DNA from: Mobula hypostoma
Lineage: Eukaryota
Length of the DNA: 64,000 nt
Reading direction: 5' to 3'
NCBI RefSeq assembly: GCF_963921235.1
Contig: NC_086098.1
Span: 237,894,001-237,958,000 of the forward strand
A program made the translations under genes and the position numbers. Positions 35,990 to 49,519 of this stretch are shown here, piece after piece (position 1 is the first letter of the stretch; each line of letters starts with the position of its first letter). Below the pieces are notes generated by a model. That model saw only the letters and a program-made list of their open reading frames with translations. It did not search any database and was not told the origin of the DNA.

Positions 35990-38900
35990 AGGAGAAATGG
36001 AAATGGGCAGTTAGAACAGAGCGCCCCTATGGTTATTCCCCTCAAAAAGAAGTATACCGCTTTGGATAATTTTGTGGAGGATGACCACCAGGGAGAATGC
36101 CACAGCGACCGGGTTACAGGCACCGAGCATGGGGCAGTTCAGTAGAAGGGAAAGTGAGAGAAGGAAGGAGCAGCATTGATAGAGGACTCGATAGAGAGGG
36201 AAACAGACAGGAGACTCTGGAGGCGTGAACGAGACACCCGGATGGTATGTTGCCTTCCTGCTGCCAGGGTCAGGGGAGCAGCCAGACCTCTTGGTACATA
36301 TTGGTACCAATCATAGGAAGGAAAAGAAATGAGATCCTGAAAAGAGAATTTAGAGATCAAGGTAGAAAGCTAAGACGCAGGACCTCCCGAGTAGTAATTT
36401 CTGGATTGCTGCCTGAGCCACAGGCCAGCGAGGGTAGAATAAATGCAGATAAATTGCAGATAAATGCGTGGCTGAGAAGCAGGGTGTCAGGTTATTGCAT
36501 AATTGGGATTTCTTCTGGGGGAGGTATGACCTGTTCAAAAGTGGTGGGTTGCACCTGAACTCGAACGTGTCTAATATTCTCGCGGACGGGTTTGTTAGAG
36601 CTGTTGGGGGCGGGGAGGGGGGTTAGGCTAACTTGGCAAGTTGGTGGGAACCGGAGTGAAGGGATTCAGGACAGGACGGATGGTAAAAAGTGAAGATAGC
36701 GTGCAGTCAGATTATCAGGAAGGACACGCAATGATGGAACTTAGTTGCAGCCATCAGGTTGACTGTCAAAACAATAGGGATGCGACGTCAGAAAGGATCG
36801 TAAAGACAGTACTGAAGGTGTTGTATCTAAATGCCAGTACTACAAGAAATAAGGTGGATGATCTTGTTGCAATATTACAGATTGGCAGGTATGATGTTGT
36901 GGCCATCAGTAAATCGTGGCTGAAGGATGGTTGTAGTTTGGGAGCAGAATATCCAACGTTACCCGTTATGTCGGGGGAATATGAAGGTTGGCAGAGGGAC
37001 AGGTGTGGCTCTACTGGCAAAAATGGGATCAGGTCGATAGAAAGATGTGACATAGGATCGGAAGAAGTTGAATCCTTGTGGGTTGAGTGGGGAAACTGCA
37101 AGATAAGAGGACATTGATTGCAGTTATATACAGGCCTCGCAACAGTGGCTGAGAGGTGGACCACACGTTACAACAGGAAATATAGAAGGCGAGTCAAACA
37201 AGCAATGTAGTTACGGAAGACTTTAACATGCAGGTCGGTTGGGAAAATAAAGTTGGTAATCGACCTCAAGAGCGTGAGTTTGTTGAATGCCTTGGAGATA
37301 GCTTTTTAGAGCAGTTTGTCAATGAGCCTACAAGCGGATCAGTTATACTGGATTATGTGTTAGTAACCAACCGGAGGTGATTAGGGAGCTTAAGGAAAAA
37401 GAACCCTGAGAGAAGGTGCTGAAAAAGCAAAAGGTACATAAGTCACCCGGACCAGAGGAACTGCACCCTACTGTTCTGAAAGAGGTAGCGTTAGAGGTTA
37501 TGGTGGCGTGAGAAATGATCTTTCAAAAATAATTGGACTCTGGCGTATTACCAGAGGACTGCAAATTTCCAAAATGTACTCCTCTCTTTAAGAAGGGAGG
37601 AAGGCAGCTGAAAGGAAATTATAGACAAGTTAGCCTGACCTCAGTTTTCGGGAAGATGCTAGAGTCAATTGTTAAGGACGATGTGATAGACTACTTGGTG
37701 ACACAGGACAACATAGTATATAATCAGCATGTCTTCCTTCAGGGAAAATACTACCTGACGAACCTGTTCGAATTCTTTGAGATTTCAAGTAGGATAAAGG
37801 GAGTTCGGTAGATCTTGTATATTTGGACATTCAGAAGGCCTTTGACAAGGTGCCACACATGAGGCTGCTTATCAACTTAAGAGCCAGTGGTATTACAGGA
37901 ATGTTACCAACATTCCTAGAGTATTGGTTGATTGGTAGGAGGCAGCGAGGAGAAATAAGAGCATTCTTTTCTGGTTGGCTGCCATTGACTCGTTGTGTTC
38001 CACAGGGATCGGTGTTCCGTCCACTTCTTTTTCTGCTGTATATAAATGATTTAGATGATGGAACAGATGGCTTTGTTGCCAAGTTTGCAGATGATACGAA
38101 GATTGGTGGAGGGACAGGTAGTGTTGAGCAACGGACTTAGACGGGATAGGAGAATGGGCTAGAAAGTAGCAAATTAAATACAATGTTGGGAAATGCATGG
38201 TTATGCACTTTGGATAGTAGAAATAAATGTACGGCCCATTTTCTCAACGGGGAGAAAATCAAGGAATCTGAGATGCAGAGGGGCTTGGGACTGCCTAGCA
38301 GAACACCCTGAAGGTGAACTTGAAGTCTGAGTCGGTGGTGAGGAAGACAAATCTCACTTTAGCATTTATTTCAAGAGGTCCAGCGTACAAGAGCAAGTAT
38401 ATGATGCTGAGGCTTTATAACGCTCTGGTGAGGCCTCACCTTGTGTATTGTCAAAAGTTTCGGCCCTCATCTTAGAAAGGATGTGCTGGCATTGGTCAGA
38501 GTCCAGCGGAGGTTCACAATGATAATTCCAGGAATGAAAGGATTATCATACGAGGGAAGTTTAATGGCTCTGGGTCTGTACTCGCTGGAATTCAGAAGGA
38601 TCGGGCGGGGGGGGGGGTCATTGAAATCCTTGGAATGTTAAGTGTCCAACACAGAGCAGATGTGGAAAGGATGTTTCTCATGGTAGGAAAGTGTAGGACA
38701 AGAGGACACAGCCTCATGAGAGAGGGGCGCCCTTTCAAGTCAAAGATGTGGAGTATTTTCTTTCGCCAAACGGTATTGAATTTGTGGAATTTATTGCCAC
38801 TTGCAGCTGTGAAGGCCGGGTCAGAATTTAAGACAGAGATTAGTAGGTTTTTGATTGGACATGACATCAAATGTTACGGGGAGAAGGACGGGAACTGGCG

Positions 38901-39005
38901 TTGGGGAGGAGATGAAAAAAGGATCAGTCATAATTGAATGGCCCAGCAGACTCGATCGTCCAGATGGCCGAATTCTGCTCCTATGTCTTATGGTCTTATG
39001 GTCTT
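35990..39005 (+). mobile_element. Degenerate long CR1 copy (ORF1 esterase, endonuclease, RT, 3' UTR) with internal deletions
   Basis: RVVISGLLPEP (ORF1), YLNASTTRNKVDDL (EN), DIQKAFDKVPH and KFADDTKIGG (RT), (TTATGGTC) tail. Confidence 0.88.
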
Positions 39006-39059
39006 AATAATACATTCTGCCATCCCTCCATGAGGAAGATGCTAAAAACATGCTGTCTA

Positions 39060-39071
39060 CCCCTCTGCTCG

Positions 39072-39122
<51 letters not shown>
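39060..39122. repeat. Compound (CT)n(AT)n microsatellite
   Basis: Direct inspection. Confidence 0.9.
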
Positions 39123-40586
39123 GCCGCCTGTATACAGTGTCACGTTAGCCTGTCATTCCAATATATTTCCGGAAGGCGTCCTCTGACTTTTCATACATGT
39201 GTATGATTTCACCGACGCTTTATTTATGTACTTTCTAGTTTTACATTCTCTGTGTGAATTTGATCCACGTTAACCTTTCACAGAAACATAGAAACAAAGA
39301 AACTCTATAGCACAATACAGGCCTTTCGGTCACAAAGCTGTATCGAACATGTCGTTACATTTGAAATTACCTAGGATTACCCACAGCCCTAAGTTTTTCT
39401 AAGCTCCATGTACCTTTCCAGGAGTCTCTTAAAAGACCCTATCCGATCCAAAAAATGACTTTCTATTTTAAATTTCTTCTTACATACTTTTTTGTGGGAG
39501 CTCTGGTTGGTCTTCATGTCTCCTACTACGCCACTACCGCGGGATATAGCAAGGGTAAAATAATAGTAGGCTACTTTTCTACTGATATTGGGTCAGGCAA
39601 TAACTAGAGATCGTGGCATAAGGTTAAAAGATGGAATATTTAAAGGGAACATCGGAGAAAACTTCTTCACTCAAAGGATGGTGGGAGTGTAGAAAGTGTT
39701 ACCAGCGGTTGTGATGGATTAGGGTCAATTTCAACATTTAAGCGAAATTTGGATGGAGGGAGGGCTATGGAGGCCTATGGTCCGGCTGCAGAATGAAGGC
39801 ACTAAGCATATTAATATTTCGGAACAGGCTAGATGGATCGAAAGGTCTGATTTCGTATTGTGCTGCTCTATTACGTTATGACATTCCATGTTTATTTTAA
39901 TCGAGTCCTTAGCACTCTGGGGTGCAAACAACAAATTTCACGACATATGACAGTGATATTATACCTGATTCTGATGCTGATCCTCACTGTAATGAGGGAT
40001 GTTATTAACAGCGAACCACGTGTGGGACATCAAATCTCCCTTCTCTTGTCCATGATCTAGTTCATCACCACCCAGCCTTCATTCTGCCACGATCTGTTGG
40101 ATACTGTGTAGCAGATGAGAAAAAATTTCATCCAATTAAATGTTCGACTTAAGTGGCACGGTATCAATGTTTATATAATAACGGCACTGTGAAACATTGG
40201 CTTGCTTTTATTTGTAAAAATGCAATTGCTTAATATCCTGCAGTCAGGCTTATGTATGGATTGGTCTATCGATTACCTTTTATTGGATAATTAGAGATGG
40301 TGATTAAAATTTCGAATGCGTGCTGTTCATAACCTAGGATATAGTAAATCTCCCTCAAACTGCTCCTGGCCGTAGTACACTGGTCAGTCCAGTTAACCTC
40401 TCCCTCATTCAGTCACGGGCTCTCAATTTTCTCACCCAGGGCCCCTTGTTTTTTTTTATTCGCTGACCAGAGTCGAGGATGGGATGGATAGATGGATAGG
40501 GTCGGACTGTCTGTGTTGTGAGCGGCACTGATGCAGCTGCGGACCGCGTCATCTCCCCACGGGACCGGGACGGGGTTTGCACAGCC

Positions 40587-41122
40587 TTTATTTAGCGACA
40601 GTTACACAAATTGCTGCTGTTTCTGTCCTGTTTGTGAAGTGGTGCAGGTGGCGCGGTCACGAGGTCCCGGGACGGTGGGGGCGTTGATGAGATACAACGG
40701 TTTTTCAATTTTCTCATTCTGAGAAGCTGCAATAATAGGAAGAGGCGCATTCTGAAACTAAATCTTAAAAATCAAAGCTTACACAATTGGAATTTGTTGT
40801 GACAAGCGATGAATGGGGGACAGAATTGGGACAAGGAAGGAGAGGGGGCAGAGGGAGAAAGGCAAAATGAGTTATGGGAAACAGGAGAGACAGAGGGTGA
40901 ACGGTGAGACGGTGAGAGCGGGGAGGCAGAGAGATGGGGTAAAAGAAGGAACAGTAAGAGGTGAGGCAGAATGAGTTAGAAAAGAAAGTGAGCGGAGAAA
41001 ATGTGTGTGAGAGATGGGGAGAGACAGATGAGAGTGGCGGAAGGAAGGGACAGACAGACACAGAGGCAGAGAAAGGGAGAGAGAGGAGGGAGAGGGGGAG
41101 AGCGCGAGGAGCGAGGAGTAGG

Positions 41123-41183
<61 letters not shown>

Positions 41184-41390
41184 AGATGGGGGGGGGACGG
41201 AGAGAGAAAGAGAGAAAGAGGAGGGGTGGAGGAGAAGATGTCTCTCTCAGCTCCGTGTCTGATAAATGTATAACTCTGAAAGCAGCGAACAGAAAACTCA
41301 CTTGAGCAACATGAGGATTTTTTGAATAGCCCGGAGGGTGATCATGGGCTCGGTAAGTCACCCAAACTCTGAACCAACCCTCAGCACAAT
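40587..41390 (-). other. Candidate orphan internal exon (41302-41390) plus terminal exon (40587-40726) of an unidentified gene
   Basis: Acceptor ccggtcttcag|, donor CAA|gtgagt, acceptor cctcttcctattattgcag|, and an in-frame stop overlapping AATAAA. No homology recognised. Confidence 0.3.
40810..41240. repeat. GA-rich low-complexity tract with (GT)n (about 41130-41168)
   Basis: Direct inspection; it explains the spurious ORFs 40765-41424, 40961-41170 and 41001-41273. Confidence 0.9.
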
Positions 41391-43009
41391 CTGAAGACCG
41401 GATAAATGTTTCAATACCAGACACACAAGGGAGTATATAAGCTCACGCATGGACTTCGCGCAACTGCTTCACTGTTATCCAAGATATGAAAGGGTCATAT
41501 CCCCAGCACTGCCCAGACGATATTCGCAGCGATAATATTTATTAGAAGCCCTAGGAGTGGTTCTTATTGAGCCTCAGTGACAACCGACTATGACACTAGT
41601 TCCCTATCCCTGAGAGCAGCGATATTTAGACTTATAGAGATATAAAGCACAGAAATGGGTCCTTCTGCCCAACTTGTCGGTGCCGGCCAAGTTGCCTAAC
41701 TCCGCTCATTCCATTTGTATGTGTTTGACTAATGTCGCCGGAAAATTTTAATATCCGTCTAACTGCCCGGATGTCTTATAAACTGCACAATTTTACTTCC
41801 CTATACCACTATCTCTGGCAGATTGTTGAACATATCTACCACTGGTCTTCGGATCTAAGTCTCCGTGTTGGTCGTGCAACCTTTGATTCCCTGGGGGAGA
41901 GGACTGACTCAAACACATAACCTTATCTGGCTGAATAGTGCCACATCAACAATCTCTCACTGAATATCAGCAAAACCAAAGAACAGTTTATTGACTACAG
42001 GGGGAGGAAGTCGGAGATCCTTCATCCAGTCCTCATCAGGAGATCAGAGATGTTATCATTACTGTCCAGGGTCCAACCCACAATCGCCATTACAAAAACT
42101 CACGGCAGGGCCACTAATTTCTTGGAAGTCTGTCAAGCTTGGCATGATATTTAAAGCTCTTACAAACTTCTATAGATGCACGATTGAGTCTCTATTGACG
42201 GCTTGTATCACTGCCTGCAATGGAAACACCAGTAACCTTGAATGGAAAGACCTACAAGAAGTAGTGGCTAAAGCCGAGACCATCACGGGTAAAGTGCTGT
42301 CTGTTGGCGTGGGGGAGGTGGCATCGGTGTTAAGCGATGGTGGACAGGATGAGAAACTGTGATATCACCCAGTTCAGTCAGCAACTGACAAATGATGAAA
42401 TTCACTCTCTAATAGCCTGGCCAGATTCCAGGCTGGAATTGATATATGTGTCGACATAACGTGATTCAGCATCATTCATTTTGCCTCTGGTGTCCCTCGG
42501 TCTCTCTGTTCTACAACGCTCCCTAGGTTCTTGCAAATTGACGCGGGAGTTATTGAGTTTATCATCACAAAGTACAACATGCCAAGCATGTCAACCACTT
42601 TCTCCTCCAAATGTTTATCATAGTGGAGCAATCGTAGAGCCAGCACATGTCCCTGTTGTACACCATTGATAGCAGTCCTCCAGTGTGTAAAACGATGCTT
42701 CACTAACGCTCTCAATCCAATGCCACACCAACTTTTTTTTAGGTAATAGGCTCCCTCAATCCGTGTCTGATGTTGTCCAAGCTTCCGAACCAGTTTACCA
42801 TGCGGATCCTTGACAAAAATCTTGCTAAAGTCCACGTAAACACCAAGATGTTCATTCACTAAATCCGAATTTACCAAAAAGGCCATACTCTAGACTGGTG
42901 CCATCCTTCCCTTCGACACATTCCTTCAGCCATTCATTGACTGTTTATTTCTTTCCAGTCTGAAGGTTTATCACACTTTTATCATCTTCTCCTATTCAAG
43001 GCATACTTC

Positions 43010-43900
43010 GTGATTGGGAGCACGCCGACTTCATGAATTTTGCCTCCAACTTCCACGCTGCTCTCAAATTTACATGGTCTATTTCCAACAATTCCTTCTC
43101 CTTTCTCGATTTCACTATCTCAATCTTTGGAGACAAGCTTATCTACTGATATCTATTACAAACCCACTGACTCTCACAGCTACCAGGACAATACCTCCTC
43201 TCACCCAGTTACTTGTAAAACTATCATCGCCTTCTCTCGATTCCTCCGTCTCCGCAACATCTGTTCTTAGGATGTGAAAGATGATGTCCTCCTTCTTCAA
43301 AGACAAGGGTTCCCATCCTACACCATCAACGCTGCCGTCAACCGCATCACTTCCATTCCGAGCACGTTGGCCCTCACCCCATTCTCCCGCCACCCTACCA
43401 GGGATAGATTTCCTCTTGTCCTCACCTACCAACCATCCCGCCTTCGCGTCCAGCACGTTTCTCCGTAACTTCCGCCATCTCCTACGGGATCCCAACACCA
43501 AGCACCTTTCCCTCTTCCCTTCTCCACTTTCTGCTTTCTGCAGTGAACGCGCCCTATGCGACTTCCTTGACTTTCGTCACTTCCCATTGATCTTTTTTTG
43601 GCAGTTACCCTTGCAAACGGAACAAGTGCTATGTCTGCCCCTACAATTCCTCCCTCACTGCCATTCAGGTCCCCAAACAGCCTTTCCCGATGGGACGATG
43701 CTTCACCTGTGAGTCTGTTGGGGTAATCGACTGTATCCGGTGCTACCAGTGTAGCCTCCTGCATATCGGTGAAACCCGACTTACATTCGGAGACCACTTC
43801 GCCGAGCACCTACGCCAGGAAAGGCGGGATCTCCCAATATCCACGCATTTTAATTCCACTTTCCATTCCAATCTCTCACCTTATCTCCTTACCTGTCCAT
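43010..43900 (+). mobile_element. Degenerate Penelope-like element fragment
   Basis: STDIYYKPTDSH, FFKDKG, RFPLVLTY and a GIY-YIG-like CYQCSLLHIGETRLTFGDHFAEHL, spread across frameshifts. Confidence 0.85.
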
Positions 43901-44339
43901 CACCTCCCTCTGGTGCTCTTCCCCCTGTTCTTTCCTCCATGGCCTTCTGTCCTCTCCTATCAGATTAACCGTTTTCCAGCTCTGTATCTCCTTCACCAAT
44001 CAACTTTCCAGCTCTTTATTACACATCCCTCGCCCCCTCCCACCTCCACCCCCCGGAATCGCCCATCACGTTGTGTTTCTACCTCCCCTCCCACCCTGCC
44101 ACACCTACTGACTCTGAATTCTCAACCTTTTCTCTAGCCCTGATAAAGAATCTCGGCCCAAAACGTCGACTGTGCTCTTTTCCACAGATGCTGCTGGCTT
44201 GCTGAGTTCCTCCAGCATTTTGTGTCTTTTGCTGCTTCTTTCTTTCGTGCCTGATGGTTTATCGAAATAGGTATTACTTCAAGCAGATGGGGTTGACAGT
44301 GCAAATGCGTTCTGAGACAATTCAGAAGTACTTTTTTTT

Positions 44340-44900
44340 TGTGTGTGTGCAGTTTTGGTACCCTAATCTGAGGAAAAACATCTTTGCTATAGAGGGAGTA
44401 CAAAGAAGGTTCACCAGACTGATTCCTGCGATGGCAGGACTTTCATATGATGAAAGACTGGATCGACTAGGCTTAGACTCGTTGGAATTTAGAAGATTGA
44501 GGAGGATCTTATTGAAACATATAAAATCCTAAAGGGATTGGACAGGTTAGATGCAGGAAAATTGTTCCCGATGTTGGGGAAGTCCAGAACGAGGGGGTCA
44601 CAGTTTGAGGATAAAGGTGAAGCCTTTTAGGACCGAGATTAGGAAAAACTTCTTCACACAGAGAGTGGTGAATATGTGAAATTCTCTGCCACAGGAAACA
44701 GTTGAGGCCAGTTCATTGGCTATATTTAAGAGGGAGTGAGATATGGCCCTTGTGGCTAAAAGGAATCAGGGGCTATGGAGGGAAGGCTGGTACAGGGTTC
44801 TGATTGGATGATCAGCCATGATCATGCTGAATGGCGGTGCGGGCTCGAAGGGCCGAATGGCGTACTCCTGCACCAATTTTCTATGTTTCTATGTTTCTAT
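44340..44900 (+). mobile_element. CR1 3' fragment, same young subfamily as 1-800
   Basis: Near-identical to 250-800; (TTTCTATG) tail. Confidence 0.9.
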
Positions 44901-44904
44901 GTTT

Positions 44905-46190
44905 ACTTGTGCGTGGCAGGTCATGTTTGACAAATCTTATTGAATTTTTTGATGAGGTTACCACGAAAGTTGATGAGGGTAAAGCGGTGACTGTTGTCTG
45001 CATGGAATTCAGTAAGTCCTTTGACAAGGTCGCACACGAAATGTTAGTTAGGAAGGTTCAATCGTTAGGCATTAATATCGAAGTAGTAAAATAGATTCAG
45101 CAGTGGCTGGATGGGAGACGCCAGAGAGTAGTGGTGGATAACTGTGTGTCAGATTGGAGGACGGTGTCTCGTGGTGTGCCTCAGGGATCTGTACTTGATC
45201 CAATGTTGTTTGTCAGATATATATCAATGATCTGTATGATGGGGTGGTAAATTGGATTAGTAAGTGTGCAGATGGTACCAAGAGAGGTGGCGTTGTGTAT
45301 AATGAAGTAGGTTTTCAAAGCTTGCAGAGAGATTTAGGCCAGTTAGAAGAGTGGGCTGAAAGGTGGCAGTGGAGTTTATGCTGATAAATGTGAGGTGCTA
45401 CATTTTGGTAGGAATAATCAAAATACGACATACGTGGTAAATGGTAGGGCATTGAAGAATGCGGTAGAACAGAGGGATCTAAGAATATTGGTGCATAGTT
45501 CTCTGAAGGTGGAATGTCATGTGGATAGGGTGGTGAAGAAAGCTTTTGGTATACTAGCCTTTATAAATCAGAGGATTGAGTATAGGAGTAGGGATGTAAT
45601 GTTGAAATTGTATAAGGCATTGGTGAGGCCAAATTTGAAGTATTGTGTACAGCTCTGGTCACCGAATTATAGGAGCGATGTCAATAAAATTGAGAGAGTG
45701 CAGAGGAGATTTACTAAAATGTTTCCTGGGTTTCATCTTCTAAGTTACAGTGAAAGGTTGAACAAGTTAGGTCTTTATTCTTTGGAGCGTAGGAGGTTGA
45801 GGGGTACTTGATAGAGGTATTTAAAATTATGAGGGGGATAGATAGAGTTGACGTGGATAGGCTTTTTCCATTGAGAGTAAGGGAGATTCAAACAAGAGGA
45901 CATGAGTTGAAAGTTAAAGGTCAAAAGTTTAGGGGGAACATAAGGGGGAACTTCTTTACTCAGAGAGTGGTAGCTGTGTGGATCAAGCTTCCAGCAGAAG
46001 TGGTTGAGGCAGGTTCGAGGTTGTCGTTTAAAGCTAAGTTGGACATCTATCTGGATAGGAAAGGAATGGAGTGTTATGGACCGAGTGCAGGTCGGTGGGA
46101 CTAGGTGAGACTATGAGTTCGGCACGGACTAGAAGGGCCGAGATGGCCTGTTTCCGTGCTGTAATTGTTATATGATTATATGGTTATATA
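44905..46190 (+). mobile_element. CR1 RT to 3' end
   Basis: GRSCLTNLIEFF, EFSKSFDKV and LVRPNLKYCVQLWSP, followed by the same 3' UTR family as 26538. Confidence 0.9.
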
Positions 46191-47139
46191 CTTCTTAATC
46201 TTCAAGTTTGAAACATAGGAGCTGTGTTAGGCGAATCAGCCCATACGTTTGACCCGCCATTCCATCATGGCTGATTTATTATCCCTCCCAACACTATTCT
46301 CTACTTTCTCGATGGAATCTTTCACGGCCTTACTAATCAGCAATCCCTTAACCTCCGCTTTGAATATACCCAGTGCAGAAGCTTTCACAGCTGTCTGTGG
46401 CAATGAATTCCACATTTAATTTTGATGCACATGATGGAAAAAGCTCCTTCTCCTATTCCCCAGTAATGAGCTGGTGATGGAAGAGGCTCAAATATTTCCT
46501 CTCCACACTGTACTTGAAGAACAGAAAGCCCCTATCTTTACCTCCATTGCAGGCTGAAGTGGCCAAACCTCTCTGCTGTTCCCCATGTCACAGGTCCTGT
46601 GCGTTGTACAACTCAACTGTGCATGAATCTGGCTTAAGGAACTCCATTACCGGCGTTGGTGACTGGTTTATGTCAGCTCTCATGTTTCTGAATGGCTTCC
46701 AGCTCTCCCTATGTTACTTTTCTACACCTGTGGATCAGTTCTTGGTATCTTCTTTCACGTCTCACGTGAGCTGTTCAGGCATGAATATGCTCCCACCAGC
46801 TTATCCGAGATTTAACCGAATCAGCGAGTTATTAGATGGCAGAAGTAAATAGGCGGATTGGGAAGAGGCAATGGAGGAAATATAATAGTAATCTCTACTC
46901 CTAACCCTTTATCGGGTACCTCCTGTATGTTCATAACCTTCTGTTGCTGTTCGACATATTCTGCGATCAGAGATGTTTTCTTCATCACCGTTGAAACCTC
47001 TGGTGTGCACAACTGTGTTAATACAATCGAGTTACCGTCGCCTTGCTGTCAGCTTGATCCAGTCCGACTATTCTCCTCTGACCTCCCTCATTAACAAGGC
47101 GTTTTAGCCCATAGAAATGATGCTCACTGGATGTTTTTC

Positions 47140-47455
47140 TTTAATTGTTTAATTGTTTGTTTTTCGCATCATTCTCTGTAAACCCCAGTAACAGTTGTGC
47201 GTGAAAATTCCAGGACAGCAGTGGTTTCTGAGATACTCCAACCGCTCCATCTGGCAAAACAATCATTCCAGTCAAATTCACTTAGAGCACTTTTCTGCTC
47301 CATTCAGTTGTGTGATCCAAACAACAACTGAACCTCTCGACCACCTATGCGGATTTTTTACACTGAGTTGTTGCCACTTGATTGACTGATTAGATATTAA
47401 CACTAATGATCGGGTATATCGGTGTACATAATAATTGGCCTCTGGGTGTATTTCT
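47140..47455 (-). mobile_element. Tc1/mariner remnant (terminal part)
   Basis: Antisense match to the element at 51695, ending in a degenerate TIR (GGTGTACATAATAATTGGCCTCTGGGTGTA). Confidence 0.65.
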
Positions 47456-48058
47456 GTAAGTTGGCAGAAGTTCATTCCTAAATCATTAAATTGTACTCAA
47501 CCCTGAACGAAAGTGGAACATTGTGGCCAGTGTTAACAGCGATAGCACAAAAACTTTAACAAAATACATCTTCCGGATGGGCACATGATGCCCTGCTTAA
47601 TATATTATTAAGCTGCTGAAATTCTGCTAGGCGCCTTCGAAATGTTGGCAGATGAGGACCGACTCCGATCCTGGATGGTTCTCTACCGCCACCACATGTT
47701 CACTAGCGGAACTTCCAGCACCCGGAGTTCTCAATACCCAAACAGCGCCCCACCCCCGTCTATTATTACCCTTTTACTGAGAAATGTGAAGCAATTTGTC
47801 ATTTTGAAATATACCCTGAAAACTCCGGACATAAATTCGCTTTTATTTTGCGAGCATTTGGTCATGTTGATGGAATAATTCAATTCTGGAAAAAGAAAAC
47901 TGAGCGCTGCATCTTATGAAGAGTTTCATCACCAAGGGCCTTTCGGTAACAGAGTTCCAGACCTGTATAAAGATTCAATCACTTCCACTCGTTATCCCCA
48001 CCCCCCCCCCAACCCCCATTAAACAAGGAGCCCTAGCTATGAGACGGTCACGATGTTT

Positions 48059-49037
48059 GCTGACAAACGACTAAACTCAGGTGCTTACGAACCACAGACT
48101 CCCATATCGAGACAATTTTAAGTAAGAATTCCAACAAGAACATCAGTGGCTTCACTGAGCAACACCGAATCGAATCTTTCCCGAAACACCAGGACACCGC
48201 AAGAAGTGCCAGTGGGGAGTCTATTTTAAAAAAATCGTAGTACTTAATGCCCGTTTCAGTCAAAATAAACTTGACAAGATAAAACTGAAAGCAAAATGGG
48301 ATAATGACTCCAGATTAGATAACAATTAACAAAGACAGGTTCACAGTCCCGAATGGCTCATGGCAGTACATCATTCCCTAAGGCCGGCAACTGACGTCTC
48401 AATGAGCCCGAGACAGGGATTGTGAATTCGAGAAAGACATGATGCTCTCCAGAAATTGCTGGTAAACTTGAGACAGACCTAATGCTCTGGAGGCAGGACT
48501 GGTATACGCGAGACAGGTCTGATTTCTCAGGACCGAACTGGTAAACTCGAAACAGACCTGATGCTCTCGAAGCAGGGCTGGTAAAATCGACAACATGGCA
48601 TATAACTCAGGAACATGGAATATTCCTCGGAAACCTATAGGTCAGTGGGAGGCACAAAAAACTCGCAACAGAACCTCGACACGAGCACTGAGAATATAAG
48701 GGACGCTCGCCTCCAGCTAACCGTTGTCCAAGCGGCCGTTCAAACTCTGCTGGATTCATTTGTGCCTCAGGATCCTGCTGCTACTGTGTGCGCTGACAAA
48801 CGACTTAACCCAGCTGCCGAGGAACGACAGACTCTCATGTAGAGACAGAAACAAGAGCTTAATCATAATAATTCCAACAGAACATTGATGGCTTGTCCGA
48901 GCACCACAGCGAGATATAACTTTCTCGAAAAAACAGGACCCCGCCATAAGTGCTAATGAGGAATCCGCCTTAAATAATACCAGTACGCATAAAACCCGTT
49001 CCAATCAAAATAAATTTGACAAGATGAAACAGAAAGC
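48059..49037. repeat. Diverged direct repeats (48059-48292, 48792-49037) enclosing a four-copy 39-40-bp minisatellite (48430-48588)
   Basis: Shared anchors GCTGACAAACGACT and CAAAATAAA.TTGACAAGAT.AAAC.GAAAGC; unit approximately GAGACAGACCTGATGCTCTCGAAGCAGGGCTGGTAAACTC. Confidence 0.75.
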
Positions 49038-49483
49038 ACAACGGTTAACGACACTAGTTACGAAATGTATTAGCAAATGTAGGTGCACAAATACGCAGGG
49101 CCACGAAAGAGACAACATCTACCCGAAAGGCCTGTTCTGCGTCTGAATTATGCAGTCAACAATCTTATAGTTGTCCATATGATACCTAATTCTCCTCTTA
49201 TTACGGATTAATATCATTTTTATGGATAATTCAATTTCCCAATCACGTTCCTGCCCGGTTTTCTATCGTCAGCAACTTTGGCTATATTATATATGATACA
49301 TAACACCTGAGAATGTGCCTGATATTTAAATAGAATATAAAAAGCTGAGGACAAATCAGAGATCTTTACAGCACCAAAATTATAAACACAATATATTCTG
49401 TAAATGCTGGCAATCCAAAGCAACACAAACAAGATACTGGAGGAACGCAGCAGGCCAGGCAACAGCTATGGAAATGAATAAAC

Positions 49484-49519
49484 ATTCGACGTTTCGGGCC
49501 CAGACCCTTCTTCAGGACC
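49484..49519 (-). ncRNA. Minimal hammerhead-ribozyme motif in a Penelope-derived short repeat
   Basis: Minus strand GGTC-CTGAAGA-A-GGG TCTGGG CCC-GAAACGTC-GAAT: intact CUGANGA and GAAA core, short stem II, palindromic ACGU stem III and a C17 site. Confidence 0.55.

Noticed and set aside
46480-47100. Unique-looking region tested as upstream exons of the 40587-41390 candidate gene
   Set aside because: Multiple stops and no recognisable domain or clean exon boundaries.
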